In this document: piece by piece, positions 1 to 15,307 of the stretch | How the letters are laid out: the number at the start of each line of letters is the position of its first letter | How positions within the stretch are numbered: position 1 is the first letter of the stretch | Source: Octopus sinensis | Taxonomy: Eukaryota | DNA: 64,000 nucleotides | NCBI RefSeq assembly: GCF_006345805.1 | Contig: NC_043005.1 | Coordinates: 68,696,001 to 68,760,000 of the forward strand | Direction of reading: 5' to 3' | The notes under the pieces: generated by a model | What the model saw: only the letters and a program-made list of their open reading frames with translations | What the model was told of the DNA's origin: nothing | Databases searched by the model: none | Position numbers and translations under genes: made by a program

Positions 1-2341
1 GGAATTAAGTGTGCATATGTAAACGAAATAATTCATTTGCTTAAACAATTGAATATATCATTGAAACAGACGTAGGTGCACACAGGCACATATACGTACG
101 TGCGCGCACACACAATCAGACACACGTACGCACTCATATATTTTTGTGTGTGTTTCTTTATATGCATATATATGAATTTCTGAGCCGTATTCGATTATGA
201 GTATTTGGTTGTTCACTCAACTGAATTTCGTTGTTATTAAGAGGGTCCACAGACGGGTGCAAATTAACATAGTGATGAGACAAATCATCGTCATACAGAG
301 ATTAGTAAGTCCATGCTTTTTGAATTACCTGCACAATCAGTGTATTTTTACGCAGTGTACTTGGTGTGAATTTTTCTCAAAATGTGTGCATCGGGAGGAG
401 AGTATAGAAAACGACACTTGTGCAAAGCAGCAGCCAGTGGGAACGAACGTAGTATTACAAGAACTTTGTAACTATTCGGGTGTGCTACATTAGTATGCAT
501 GTGTGTATATGTATGCGCGCATTTATGTATGTATTCATATATTTGTAAGCATGTTTATATACATGTGTATAAGCGTGCTTCTGTGCGTATGTGCTTATAT
601 ACATGAATGTGTGTGTGTGTGTGTGTGTGTGTTGTGTGTGTGTGTGTGTGTGTGCGCACGTTTGTATGTGTAAAGAAGTGTTACGTATGCGTCGTTGTAA
701 ATAGTGAGTGGCCGAGAGCGAGTGCTAATGTGAATAATATAAATTTGTTGCAAATGGGAAGTCAATAGGGATGTTGAATGCATGATAAATGTGTATGGAA
801 GGGTATGTGTTTGCAATATGTAAACACGGAAGAATGTTTTAAATTAAAATTTAAATTAAAATAAGTAAAGGAAAGACAAGTTGAGATCACCATGCAGAGA
901 AAAAAAGTAGAGATCTATTTCCATGAAGAAAATTCAAAGAAAAATAAAATTAAAATTGCAAACTATTGGTAAAACGCCGGAGAATTTCGCTAGAGTCTAC
1001 GAAGGTTGGTGAAGATCTGGGAAAAATGCAGAGAAGAGACAGTAAGGTGGGAGGAACTCTGTCCTTCTCACGGAGAAGTGTTGTCTTGAAAAGATTGAGT
1101 GCTAGAATAAATACATGTTGTGTGTAAAATAATTTTTGGATACACATTATGAAAAATATGGCTGAGTAAATAGAATATATATTTTTTGAAAGAAGAACTC
1201 AGAGTAGATGATGTAAGTAGTAGATGGCTTAATGTGTGCGAGTTGTTAGCAGCCTAAAATGTCTGTAGTGATAAAAACGAGGTAAAAAATGGAGACGGAA
1301 GTAATGTAAATAGCTGTTAACAAATTATGATTAGATAAGTGAAGCAGCATCTGGGTGTGCACATTTATATATAAGTGGTAAGTATGCGATTGAGTGTGTA
1401 TTAAGGTACTGGTATATGTGTACATGCGTGTGGGCTTTTATAAGCGCAAAATGGAAGTGCATATAATGATGCTAGTATATGCGTATGTGCCATTTGGAAG
1501 TGTAAACGGTGTAGATATATGCTACCTGCGGCTCAGTGAATATAAATTATAAACAGCATCGATGAAAATGACTGTGTATAGTTCTGTGAAGTGTACATAT
1601 GTATATATGGGTCTGATATATATGCAGGTATACGTGCGTCTGCATAATGGTATGGTTGGTCATAAATGTCTCAATATAAAATTTAATTGAATTGCGGTAG
1701 GAATTTAAGACCGAAAGCAGTGCATGTTTAAAGGCGGAATTAAGTGTGCATATGTAAACGAAATAATTCATTTGCTTAAACAATTGAATATATCATTGAA
1801 ACAGACGTAGGTGCACACAGGCACATATACGTACGTGCGCGCACACACAATCAGACACACGTACGCACTCATATATTTTTGTGTGTGTTTCTTTATATGC
1901 ATATATATGAATTTCTGAGCCGTATTCGATTATGAGTATTTGGTTGTTCACTCAACTGAATTTCGTTGTTATTAAGAGGGTCCACAGACGGGTGCAAATT
2001 AACATAGTGATGAGACAAATCATCGTCATACAGAGATTAGTAAGTCCATGCTTTTTGAATTACCTGCACAATCAGTGTATTTTTACGCAGTGTACTTGGT
2101 GTGAATTTTTCTCAAAATGTGTGCATCGGGAGGAGAGTATAGAAAACGACACTTGTGCAAAGCAGCAGCCAGTGGGAACGAACGTAGTATTACAAGAACT
2201 TTGTAACTATTCGGGTGTGCTACATTAGTATGCATGTGTGTATATGTATGCGCGCATTTATGTATGTATTCATATATTTGTAAGCATGTTTATATACATG
2301 TGTATAAGCGTGCTTCTGTGCGTATGTGCTTATATACATGA

Positions 2342-2367
<26 letters not shown>
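1..2367. repeat. Direct duplication with 1735-bp period: 1-632 repeated at 1736-2367
   Basis: Text at 1 (ggaattaagtgtgc) recurs at 1736; the identical 98-aa ORF lies at 197 and 1932; identity ends inside a (TG)n tract. Confidence 0.95.
840..1320 (-). mobile_element. Highly degraded Penelope-like element relic (RT thumb/linker region)
   Basis: Broken minus-strand frames give YLLSHIFHNVYPKIIL and FSQIFTNLRRL...GNRSLLFF, loosely resembling PLE IFxxNGYP and GNRISSLF segments. Confidence 0.3.
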
Positions 2368-2376
<9 letters not shown>

Positions 2377-3982
2377 CTAAATCAAACAGTAGCGTATTGT
2401 GATGACCAAACTTAGTGCCATCTCAATAAATTTCGCTACTCTACGTGGGAGTAAAGTGAGAGACTAATCGGCCTGGTGTATATAGGATATAGTTTATATA
2501 AGGATTCTCTTGTTAATAACATTTCTATTTACAAACTTCAAGATGCAGCCAAAGTTCTGAGTGTTTAGTTTAATGCACAACACACACGCACACCCACACA
2601 TACACGCACACACACACGCACACACACATACAGACGAACGCACACATGCATACGGCACACACACACAGACGCACGCACACAGGTACACGCGCACACACAT
2701 ACTTAGATATTAATAGTATTAATCGGCAGTATTACAGAGTACCTCTGCAACTTCTACCGGTTATTTATTGGAACACGTAAATATATCTATTTTTCCGTTT
2801 GGATAAATACCTGGAGTGGCTGTGTGGGTAGAAACTTGCAGTGCAATGGATCTAATAATCACCCTAAAAAACACAATCTTAATGTACCAATGTGAACCAG
2901 ATAATGCTTACTCTGAGCGAAATATGTATATGTATGGAAAACAAATTGCTGCATGTGGATAAATTCGAGTGTTGAGGCAGTAATATAAAGATGACTAGTA
3001 CTTTTGAGGATGAAATTTAACTTCAAACCAAGAACTCCTGTGATGTGTTATGGTCTCAACTAGAAATTTCAATTGGGATAAGTTTGAAGCTTTTCGGTCT
3101 CTGTGGCGTTCTCGTTGTTATATGCATATGAGACTTACGTTACATACCGGAGGCACGTAAAAAAAAGTTGATGCGATTCCATTAGCCGCGATTCTGTTGT
3201 CAAATGTATATCCGATGGCAAATGTATACAAGTAACACTGTCAGCTGACCAATCTAGAGTCTCGGTTACGATGGCGTGCTCACGATATCAGGATGGAAGA
3301 TGATCAGATCCTATACAGATTTCTGTATAGCGAATTTGCTCAAATTAGGAATACCAAAATTAAGTTGTGAGGCCTGCATCATGAATACATTGGGGAAGGA
3401 CAAACTCTTGGCAAAAGTGGATGGGAAATCGTCGTTTATAGGAGGTAATTTGAACGAAATTGCATCGAGTAAAAATAGCTCAAATGAGTTGCTCGTAAAG
3501 GACTTGATTTAAATTTGCCTCACCAAGGCAGTGACGGTAATTTCAATAAATCACAAGTATACTTTGTTATTGATCATTTTTGTACAAATGCAAGTCCCTA
3601 ACCACTCTGACCTATCGTTCTTAATTATTTTTCTATTTATTATGTAAATTCATCTCGGCCATAAATACTCTTTATTATTGATGCACATGTTAAAATATAT
3701 CTGTCGCAGTTAAAGTAGAATAGTTGCAGATGACGCGTTTTTGACGAGAAACTCTTGTCCACAGCATTCTTTTCTCATGAAAAATACTGTCTTCTCCTAA
3801 ATGGCATGTAGATTAGGGCGAAATTTTCGTTCCTGAAATTACCTTCCTTCCTGTCCTCGTAAATATCATCGGCTCTTTGTGTAACTTCTCTAGGAGCAAA
3901 GTTCATTCACAAAAAATCGTGAACATATCAGGCATGATATTTAAAATTCATCTATTCGTATTCTTTTCTTTCTTCTTCCCAG

Positions 3983-4005
3983 GCATTCACTCTCCCAATG
4001 GATAT
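3983..4005 (+). CDS. Candidate 23-nt micro-exon (AFTLPMD) of an unidentified gene
   Basis: Long polypyrimidine acceptor ttcttttctttcttcttcccag and donor gtatgt; phase 0 to 2 joins in frame to 4583-4697. Confidence 0.35.
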
Positions 4006-4582
4006 GTATGTATAATTATATCCTTCGGTTTCTGTAATGTATTTATACTGAATATCTAAATGCCTATTTGGATAAACTTCATAACTGGAAAGAAAAAAAT
4101 AAAAGGGCGTTCCTTCAAAAATCGCGTAGCAATATACTAAAGCAATATTTTGTTCTCTTTCACAATATGCAAATTGAAATATATATTTCGTCTACATTAC
4201 CTTCATTACAATTCAAAACTGTTAAATTTTAAATTAACCCATTCTATGAACGAAATGAGGTTCTCCCACGTTTCGCTTTATATATCAGGAGAATCTTATT
4301 TAAGCATTATTATTATACTTTCATTTGACTTCTAACAGCAGAAATATATGATACAGTATATAAATGCCTTTCCATGGTACATTAGCAAAAATGTTTAACT
4401 TTCAAAAGGGAAATGTAATATTGTATTTGGAATTTCGATTCATAAGAAACAGCTCACGCAACAATACTGTCCACCTGCAGTAATTTTAAATCGTATCTGT
4501 TATCCAGGTGTTTTTAATATTTTAGTTTCAGTATCCACACAAAGAAACTAACCACACAAACGTAGCCTTTTCTATTTCTTAG

Positions 4583-4697
4583 ATATATCTTGAATAGAGT
4601 TACCTGGATTTCTATGATCTTCTCATTGTATATGTTTCTTCCTGATTCGATACTGATAGTTCACATCAGCAACAGCTTTCCTGTAAATGTCTATTGG
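4583..4697 (+). CDS. Candidate exon, hydrophobic peptide YILNRVTWISMIFSLYMFLPDSILIVHISNSFPVNVYW
   Basis: Acceptor ccttttctatttcttag, donor TGG/gtatga, 115-nt open frame; family not recognised and T-richness could mimic hydrophobicity. Confidence 0.4.
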
Positions 4698-4877
4698 GTA
4701 TGAAAGAAAATTCCTTTGAGAAGAAGATTAATGTTTCTGAAAGCTATATGCGTGCATACGATAATCATGTCCCATATCGATCGAAATACCTTTCGTTGGT
4801 CACGGAATGAAATGTATTTATTCTGTATACCTGGCTAATTTCACAAAAGCTATAGAAACGGCAATATTTTATCTCAG

Positions 4878-4934
4878 GTCTTTTTATTGTTTATCAAATA
4901 TAACGATAAAAAGAATGAACGACTAAAGTTTTAA
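4878..4934 (+). CDS. Possible terminal exon VFLLFIKYNDKKNERLKF*
   Basis: Acceptor atattttatctcag, phase-0 fit with the previous exon, AATAAA at 5032. Confidence 0.25.
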   Translation, partial: VFLLFIKYNDKKNERLKF

Positions 4935-5202
4935 TCGGAATTATTTATTGATTAACTGAGATAAAGCTGAACAAGATGATTCATTTTATATATTATATCT
5001 ATACAACAGGATCTACACCATTAATCCATAGAATAAAATCGTTCATTCTCTACCCAAATATCTGCCTTATGCTTTTAGATACAATATTAACCCATTCCCT
5101 TAAATGTAACTACATTATCTAAGAAAATATATTAACATTTATAACATGTGTATTCCCCTCGTTAAATCTTTTTTAATACTTTATATTTAAATTGTTTTCA
5201 AA

Positions 5203-5378
5203 TTCTGGCACAAGACGAGCAAGACGAGCAAGTGGTGTAAGTCGATTACATCGTCCCCAATGCTCAACTAGTTTATATTTTATCGAGCGAGAAAGGGTGG
5301 AAGGCAAAGTCGACCTAGGCGGAATTTAAACTGAGAACGTAAAGACATTGTGCATGGCAAGCTAACGATTCTTCTAAC
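5203..5378 (-). mobile_element. Degenerate tRNA-derived SINE, family A
   Basis: ggcaaagtcgacctaggcggaatttaaactgagaacg matches the reverse complement of the family A core seen at 24054 and 57562. Confidence 0.8.
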
Positions 5379-6356
5379 TTTATATTCTGTCTTAGTTTAT
5401 ATTTATATTAGAAGTATTCTGGTGTAGTGATAGAAAATTGTAGCACCGGACACAGAAATAAAGCTTCATGGAAAGGAAATATTCAATGGCGTTTATATTT
5501 CCAGGGTGTTTGTTTTTGCATCATATAGTATAAGAAGCATACTACTAATCCTCTACTATGCGATTCATAACAGTACATTAAGCATGGTTGGGTGTTTAAA
5601 TATGTAACTCATTAGATGACAATGCAAAAGTCCAGAACCTAATATGAAATAATATCATCCAGTGCTCTGAGAATTACGTCAACAGTCTACTTTCGACTAG
5701 TACCCAATTACAATAACCACAGAAAGCTTTAAGGTAAAGGTTACTTCGTCGGGATTTAAACATAAAGCATAGAAATTGGGAACAAATACCGGAGTGTACT
5801 TCGTCCTGCACTCTGATGATTGAACTAATTCGTCGACCATAACTCTGCTACCATTTGACATTAATCTCAGACTATTTAATTTAGCCTCCATTAAAAGCCC
5901 GCGTAGAGTTAAAGAAATTAAAATTTTTAGTTTATAGAGCAGACCATCTTATAAAGGCATCATAGAGTAATGCCTATCGCGTAAATTATATATACGTGGT
6001 GTATTTAATTCAGCGTATACGTCCCTGTTTTTTAAGACCTTAAGATGTGACTTAACGTAGGGTATCTCGTTGGATCTGCTAGGTTCTTTGTAAGGATCTG
6101 TATTTAATCATAACATCTATGTACAGCAATGAAATCAAGCAAAAATATAGTAAATATTTAGCTATGAGGACATATAAAAACCTTACAATAATGGGAACAT
6201 TCTAGTAGACAGAGAATAAACAAGCAGTATTTACACATACCTCTCCATGTCCAGCTGTCCTTAGAATTTAGTGAATATGGGTGAAATGCATTTTCTTAAC
6301 AGGAACATACCAATCGCAATTTATAGTGTGATGTAGTATGTAATAGTTCACTTGGT

Positions 6357-6391
<35 letters not shown>

Positions 6392-6394
6392 ATG

Positions 6395-6558
6395 CTCCTG
6401 TGGGAGCCCCTACACGGATATGCTAGAAGAAGGAGACTGAGGATGACATACGATGGGCAGACACTGGTCTCTGGGAGATACAGGACATGGCAGCGAGGAT
6501 GAGGGACAAAGGCGGCCGGAGAGAACTTGTCCATGAATCTTGGAAACGTTACCCGCCC
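6395..6558 (+). mobile_element. 5'-truncated RTE-clade LINE 3' end
   Basis: WEPLHGYARRRRLRMTY then, after a frameshift, DTGLWEIQDMAARMRDKGGRRELVH; resembles an RTE RT C-terminus; flanked by microsatellites. Confidence 0.7.
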
Positions 6559-6566
6559 TATATATA

Positions 6567-6625
<59 letters not shown>

Positions 6626-9600
6626 CTGAAACAATACTTATAATAATCAAAATTAACAGTAGCATCTCTCTGTTTCAATAAACCTTTTTTGTCAACTCCA
6701 CGCAGGGTGTCTTATTTAATTTAATAAGTTCATCTCGCAGCAGTGGTATCTGGTTTGAAATTTTCTTGCTTCTGTATAGAAGATTTTGAGTTAATTATCG
6801 ATTATTTATTATTGAACATAGTTTGTATCTTTCACATCTTGATTAATTTGTAAAATAAAATATTCATTGGTCATTACTGCAAATTCAACTAATATTTAGA
6901 CCGGAGCTAGAGGATGATACGAGATATCTTTCAGTAATGTGTTATTGAGCACTGGCGTTGAGGGAAAAGCTGAGCGAATTAGATTTAGACTTCACTTCTC
7001 ATAGAATCACATAGTTGTTAATTTAAATCTTTGTACACATAAAGTTTCCTACAATGCCATTTTCCTCTTTTTCTTTTGCTCTTAATGAAGTAAAGAAGAC
7101 ACGGCGTACTATGATTAAATGTAAGCTACATCAAAAATTTTTCTTCCGATTCTTTGAAGCGCACCAAATGAAAGAGTTTAAAAATCTTTCACCAATCAAA
7201 GCATCAAAGTATCTATGCTTCAAAATTGTAAATTGGTAATTGAACACTACGTAATCTATACATAAAAGCTACTGTTGTTGAGTAGCTTCCTTTAGCTTTA
7301 TTGTAGCAATCACGTCGTACAGGTATAAAGTTACCATATACGTATTGGTTGGCATATCTTCTATAAAAACATATCACGAAACGTAACATACTTTGTTGTT
7401 TCAATTTTATTTTTAATTTCAATCCAATTCGTGTTGAGAATAATTACCCCAAGGCTAGCAATTCTACTGAGCGTTCTGAGGATGAGGTGAACTTGAATAA
7501 AATTTGCTAACTGAAATGATTTTTCTGTGGTGTTTAACATATACATTGTTTGTTATACCAAATATATGTACTCAAACACATGTATTTTGCAGAAAATAGC
7601 ATCTCAAAGTCTAATTCTTTCATCAAGGTGTAAATATCATAGGCATCAGCGGTCGCTAAAACATTTGTTGCAAGTATAGATTCGCGTGTCATATCTTCTA
7701 TGGCTCTGTAAATGAATATTGTGTTCAGGGACATATCAGTCTTAGAGTAAAAAATATGCTGCATAGGTGAAGTGAAAGAAAAATTAATGCAAGTTAAATT
7801 TAAGCCAATATCTGCTTGAAAATATAGAAAAGGTAGGTTTTTCAGGCAAAGAAGGAAGCCAGCTAACACAGACTTTGGAAATGCAGTCGGTTAGTGGAAC
7901 AGTAAAGACATTCAAAACTTTTTAAAGTTTGACATGCAATGCTTATTCGTGTTTTATCAAAATCCCAGCTCTTTCTTTGCTACAAACCAGCTCAATGATT
8001 TCTATAAAGGTTTCTCATAAATAGAGAAATATTACCTATATTTCTTTCAGAGTACAAGGACTGTTTCTAAACTCTGGATAGCCACCGTGATGATTTTTTT
8101 CAGATACAGAATACGTGTTAATAATATAAAAGACATCTTTAGATATATGGGTTCAGTATCAGATTTAACTCGGCATTAAGAAAAACAGCATCAAACTGCA
8201 TATATTTCTATTACTCTAACTCTTTTACGATGTTGTTATTGAAAAGTGTCTCTAGTCTGTGGACTAAGTTATTAGTAATTTCCAGCATTTATTAATATTT
8301 CTAATATTTAATAATGATTTTAAATTGAAGTTGAACTGAATTAACTTTTTTTCTGAAATTCAGCACGGAGCTTACTCACTCTATATATATATATTTAAAA
8401 TTTATATTTTATCTCAATTGTAATTATTTGTATTTAAATTACAAATTCAAAAATACTTCCAAAATGAGTTCCTTATAGCATTTTAGCAGATATTAAAAAA
8501 AAATATTTTTTCCTAGTATTTTAAAATTTCTTCAGGCTTAATGAATAATCTACTCATATTTTGTTTTGTCGTTTTCTTGTTTGTATTATAGCCATTGGCT
8601 GTTAATTTTAATAGGAATAAATTATCGTTAACTTGGGTCTACTTATTAGGTTGTCTTTTAATCAAATATTATATGCGATTTTATGTTTCGCTGCTTACAA
8701 AAATCTTCCATTCATATCATTCAGATTTCAGACTGAGTATATTTTAATTTTTTCCTATATTTGTTGTCGTTCTCTGACTAATCATGATTGTATTTGATTA
8801 AAAGTTTCAAATCAAACTTTACGCGTCATAGTACGTATATGTGTGCTTTGGAGGTTTGGTGGACTTTCAGAATTGTGCATTTTCCAGTTTAATTCTATAT
8901 AAGCCGGCATTTTAGTTCCAGTATAATTCAAACTTATGAAAAAGTGTGATTCAATAGAAGCTACATTCAAATGATCATTCATAGTGATTTTTCTTTTCTG
9001 ATGTTGTTTTTTAATCATACATTCAAATGTAGCTTCGAGTTCCACGTTTCAAGCAAAAAAAAATCCCGTCTAGTTTTTGAGACATTTACAAATAACGGCA
9101 ACGTTTTCCCTGGAAATACACGTAATTTCATAGAGGTCGCTTTTCTTCATTTCCTGGAACACGAAGCTTGATTAGCTTTACATTGAAATTTCCATGCTTT
9201 TCATTCGCTGTTCAATCGATTTATTCAAGTCATTTTGTTTTATTATTTTCATAATTAATTCTTTGCAACTATTTCTCACAATGGTTTATTATACTTCTCA
9301 ATATTGCCATATAGTTTGTGGAACTTTAAATTTCATATATTGCTTTTCTTCTTTGGCATGAAGTGTAACTGCTGAAGTGAAGTCTTATGTGAAGTGTAAT
9401 AGGTTTATACTGATTAACAACAATTTATCAAAAGAAACACTGAATTTGTAAATGAAACGAATAATCATAAGGAAATAAAATCTGTGTGTTAATTTTAATT
9501 CGATTGTTATTGTCCACCAGAGTTTAGCTACAGGTATGAAATATAATAAGATATTGTTGCCGTTGCTCTTTAGCTGAAATTCAAACCAGACCGAAGAGAC

Positions 9601-9929
9601 TTACAGACACAGTCATTCCAGTAGTAACTATGCAATATATATAGTTTTATCTAGAACCATAGCTTCTCTAATGGGTTCCTTTTTCTCATAATAGCTAATT
9701 GTGTCTAATATTTTTATAAACAAAAGAAACTAGGCTAAAACAACCGGAGTTTTAGAGGTATCTAAGGAGTACATTTTTAAATGTATCCTTCCGTTTCTGA
9801 AGTTATCAAGATATCATTTGTAGAGTATCTGAATAATATATCTAACAGATTCTGAAGCGTAATAGAAGTTCCCACCTCGGCTCGTAGTAAAAAAGAAAAG
9901 ATGCTGCCCTGCCAGCAGTAAACATTTCA

Positions 9930-10400
9930 TTGTTTGCATAACAAGTGGGCTAGCCTAATTGGTATTATTGAAAGAGCTGGAACTGATAGGAAGCAATGGG
10001 AAAGTTTTATGATTGATGAATATTTCATTAGCTTCAATAGTTCAATAAAACTTTACTATAGTAAAGTTTTAGAAACGAATGACATATTCCTGCGGATAAG
10101 TGGATTATCTTTTGCGTGCTGAGAAAGAAACCAGAGATAGCAAGAACTGTTGACAAGACTTATAAAGAAAGGTGCTACTATTTCTCTGACAAGCTGGATA
10201 TATTTCGATTCCAGAGTAGTGGAGTAGCAGATGGATGAAGAATGATAAGTACTGAGGCGCAATAAGGTCTATAATTGGAAGAAAATAGTAGAAATACATA
10301 CATGAGTTGTATCTTTCATATCTGGGCGAGATTCCTTTACATTTGTAGATATTGTATTGTGGAGAAAGTAAAAAGGACATAAGGACAAGTTAAAACAAAG
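9930..10400 (+). mobile_element. Possible ancient piggyBac-like transposase relic
   Basis: MIDEYFISFNSSIKLYY resembles the piggyBac IDExMIPF...SSIKQY motif; further broken frames follow. Confidence 0.2.
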
Positions 10401-11565
10401 AAATAGAGAACAATGCGTAGCTTTATTGCAAAATGAAATACATGCAGTAAACATCAAGGAAATGAAGCAAGAAAATGGAAAGGAGGAAGCAGATTATTAG
10501 TGTTGGTGTTTTAAATACTAAAGAATCATGGTCTAGCTGCGATTACGCAATATTCTTTAAATTATAAGCACTGACACGTGCTATAAATTTGTTCTATTCC
10601 TCTGCATATATTCAACTGTAATTTAGCGAGTAAATGTTTTCCTTATAAATCTAGGTTTCAAGTATCGAGGATATGAAGTTTCTAGTGAAGCAGACCACAA
10701 GATGGTTTATATTCCCAGTATCGTGTACATTATTTAAACTAATAAGTTAATGATTTTGCTTTAAATATAAAACAACACCCATGGAAATCACTCCAGCCAG
10801 CACAAACAGGTTTTTGACTTGAAATTGTTCTATACGGTGTAGAGTAGAAGTAGGAACTTGGTAAGCTGTCATTGGATCAGAATTTTATATATGGTTGTCA
10901 CCGTTTTACTTTAAATGAAGTATTAATATATTTGACAAAGTTATGAACTTTAACTTTCCTTATAGCAACCGTTCTATACATCTCGCCTCTTCAATTCATA
11001 ATAATGTTTCTATCATAAATTCATATTGTGTTAATTCTAATACACACATACACACATGAGATATTCGATCAACTGAGTTGAAAATGTTAATGTTAAGAAA
11101 TAAATGAAAATGTCTCAGGAAAACCGCTATTGATAAAAAAAAAGAGAAAAACTAAAGACAACATAATTATCTTATATTTCATCCGATTGTCTGTTCGTCA
11201 CTTACCCTCTCTCACTCTCTTCATCGCAGTCTCTTTCTTTACTTCTCACATATGCACTCAAGCCATTATTTGAACAAAAGATATTTCAGAAAACCATAAT
11301 TTTATCAAATAAACACAATAGAAGAATGAATTGCAGTCTCGAATAACAGAAGATAAATTGTGACACTACTATACTGTTTTGAGTTAGGTAATATATTTTG
11401 TTGCCATAAAATATTCAAATATCTATGCGTTTAGAGATTACAGGACTGAGTTGCACATATTTATTTATAAGAGTGAGTATTCGAGAGTTAAAGAGAAGAT
11501 GACAAAGGAAGGAAGAGGAGATATATGACATGATAATTTTTGTTTAAACGTTTCTACGTGTGCAG

Positions 11566-11643
11566 ATATATGCAGGAGGAGAAGGAGATTTCGTGACATA
11601 TGTTGGTCAACGCAAACATTATCATAATACCAATAAAATATTG
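11566..11643 (+). CDS. Candidate internal exon IYAGGEGDFVTYVGQRKHYHNTNKIL
   Basis: Acceptor tttctacgtgtgcag, consensus donor TTG/gtgagt, 78 nt phase 0-0, only one frame open. Confidence 0.55.
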
Positions 11644-13877
11644 GTGAGTTGAATATGTCAGTTGTTTCTTTAATGGCCGCAATCATCTCATTTCAAATAT
11701 GATTGTAATGTTTTTGACAAAATCATGAACGTCAACCATTTTCATAGAGAGTGCACTATACATCTCAGTCAATTCACAATGAAGCCCATATCATGACTTC
11801 ATATTGTACTAATTCTAAAACAGAATATGAAATATTCGATAAACTATGTTTAAAATTGTGAAGATGAAGAAGTAGTTAAGGAAAAGTATATTAAGAGAAA
11901 GTAGAAAACATAACCATACAATTATTTATGATTACAGGTGTCTATCTGTCTGAAAACTGCTTAAGCACACCCACTCACTCTCTGTCTCTCTCCCTGTTTC
12001 TCTCTCTATCCCTGCCTTCTATTTCTCATAAATATGCACTGAAGCAACAATTGCAACAGAAGCTATTTAGCATAACCGTATTTCTATCAATGAAATACAA
12101 AATAAGGGCGCATTACATTGTAGAATAATAATACAAGAATATAACTTGCAAAATCAATACACCAATTTGAGTTAGCTGATATAATGGTTTTCAAATATCT
12201 TCACATAGAAATATTGACATACACCATCGAGGTCTAATATGAAGGGGATCAGATGCGCGATAGGATACAACAAGATTATTTAATTTAAATATGTGAAAAT
12301 GTGCAGACAACACTGACAATTAAGTGCAATTTAATGTATACATATATGACCAACTTTCATTGTGTATGCTCACATATATACACACATGTATACACATACA
12401 TACATCATTCTAAATGAATCAAAAGATGACGACTATTATATAAATGCTAAGCAGTCACGAAATCAAGGGCATGATACTTTCTCTGTATGTTATATCAAAT
12501 GCTGATTTCCGATCTGAGCACTTCATATTATATCGTAATAAATAGAATCATGAGAATACTCTTGAGTGTCTTTATTCAAGGTGATTTACTAAAAACATTA
12601 AATTATGAGAAATTGATCTAATCAATGAAAATCATAATAATAAAAAAAAAACTTGAGGTGTAGCTTCGAGGAATGTAAGAGTACATTTAATTAGTGAATC
12701 GACAGTGAACAGATTTTAAAATATTTAATGTTCCCAGTTTGAAATTTCTAATGAGATTTTGTATTCAGAAAAGAAAAAAATACGTTTCACTGAAGACTGA
12801 ATTATTACTAAATTAAAGATATTGGACACGTTTGATCTACAACCAATCTAATATTAGCTTAGCACCAAAATCATCATGGCTGGAGAGAAATAGTTTGCTC
12901 TCTAGAATTGAGTGTGTCACTCGTAATTCCAAAGAAGTACTTCTAAATGTTCCAAATTAATCATGAAAAAGTTCGTTTATTATATCCTTATATGCTTTTG
13001 ATGTAGAAAATGTCTCCCAAGTAATCGATCGTTTTGGAATTTTGGGACAACTTGATGTAACAACTGTAAACTCACGCTATTGTTTGGTAACGTGAGAAAC
13101 GTATTTTACTAAAGCCCCTGACCATAAATAAAAGCAATATACGGGCTGATCAAAACTACAAAATATGACAGAATCCCAGAAAGCACGACGTAACAAAAGC
13201 CAAAGACATATTGCTTTTCAAGAATCTCAGACACCAATATTTTATGCCCACCGTGTGAAAAGAATTATTGACTGCAAATACAATGTTTTGTAGATAAATA
13301 TTTATTAAAAAAGCTATTTACTTGGATTACGTACAATAAGAGGCATTACATTTTTGTCCTTCATTACCAATACGTCTACAGTTTCATTTTTATTCTAAAG
13401 ATGTATCGCACAACACTTGCCATAATAACAGAAATAACCTACTTTCGCAAATTATGATAGAAAGATTTTGTCTTAGATCACTGTTATCACTAGATTTTCC
13501 ATCCTGAATGATATTTTCACGTTTTCACTGCTAAGTTTTCAGAAATATTACTAACCGAAAATGCTTTCTTGCATACCGTCAGAAGTGAACAATATAGGCA
13601 AAGAGTGTGTTTTGCATATTATGTTAAATAAAATAGTAATAAACAGTTCATTTTGGCTATTTTGGAAACTATGTTCACCTTAACCTCATCAAACTCATTT
13701 TAGGAATTTGATGTGAATATATTATTTTATCTTATTTTGATTTTCATTATTATGGATTTATTTGAATTACATTGCAGCATTTCATGAAACAGACTTATTG
13801 TTGTCCACATGTGGACATCACTTATATAGTTTGGGATTTTTAGTAATTTTCTTTGAATTGCTGCTCATATGTATATA

Positions 13878-14930
<1,053 letters not shown>

Positions 14931-15230
14931 GTTTATGCATTTCCGAATTACTTCGAGACACTTTCCTAAATCTGTGTAATGTTGAAAGTATAATTCAGTA
15001 TAAATATGTATAATATTTGCAAATACAATTTGTATAATGTTTGAAAATTATAATTCAGTATAAATTTCGTTTGATTTCCTCCGATATTATCAGAGTAATG
15101 GCAATCTTACTGAAATTGTTTAGCGTTGTACATATTTCTGTGAGATAGTATGCATGCATATATATATGTATGTATGCATGTATGTATGAATGTATGTATG
15201 TATGTATGTATGTATGTATGTATGTACATA

Positions 15231-15307
<77 letters not shown>

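Noticed and set aside
272-298. gtgatga-GAC-aaatcatc-GTC hammerhead-like fragment
   Set aside because: Lacks C3 and the GAAA segment; no stem I or III
197-493. 98-aa ORF present twice
   Set aside because: The repetition comes from the segmental duplication; no recognisable domain or splice context
3843-3889. 47-nt minus-strand exon-like segment (EVTQRADDIYEDRKE)
   Set aside because: Good splice signals, but I could not chain it in phase to any neighbouring minus-strand exon
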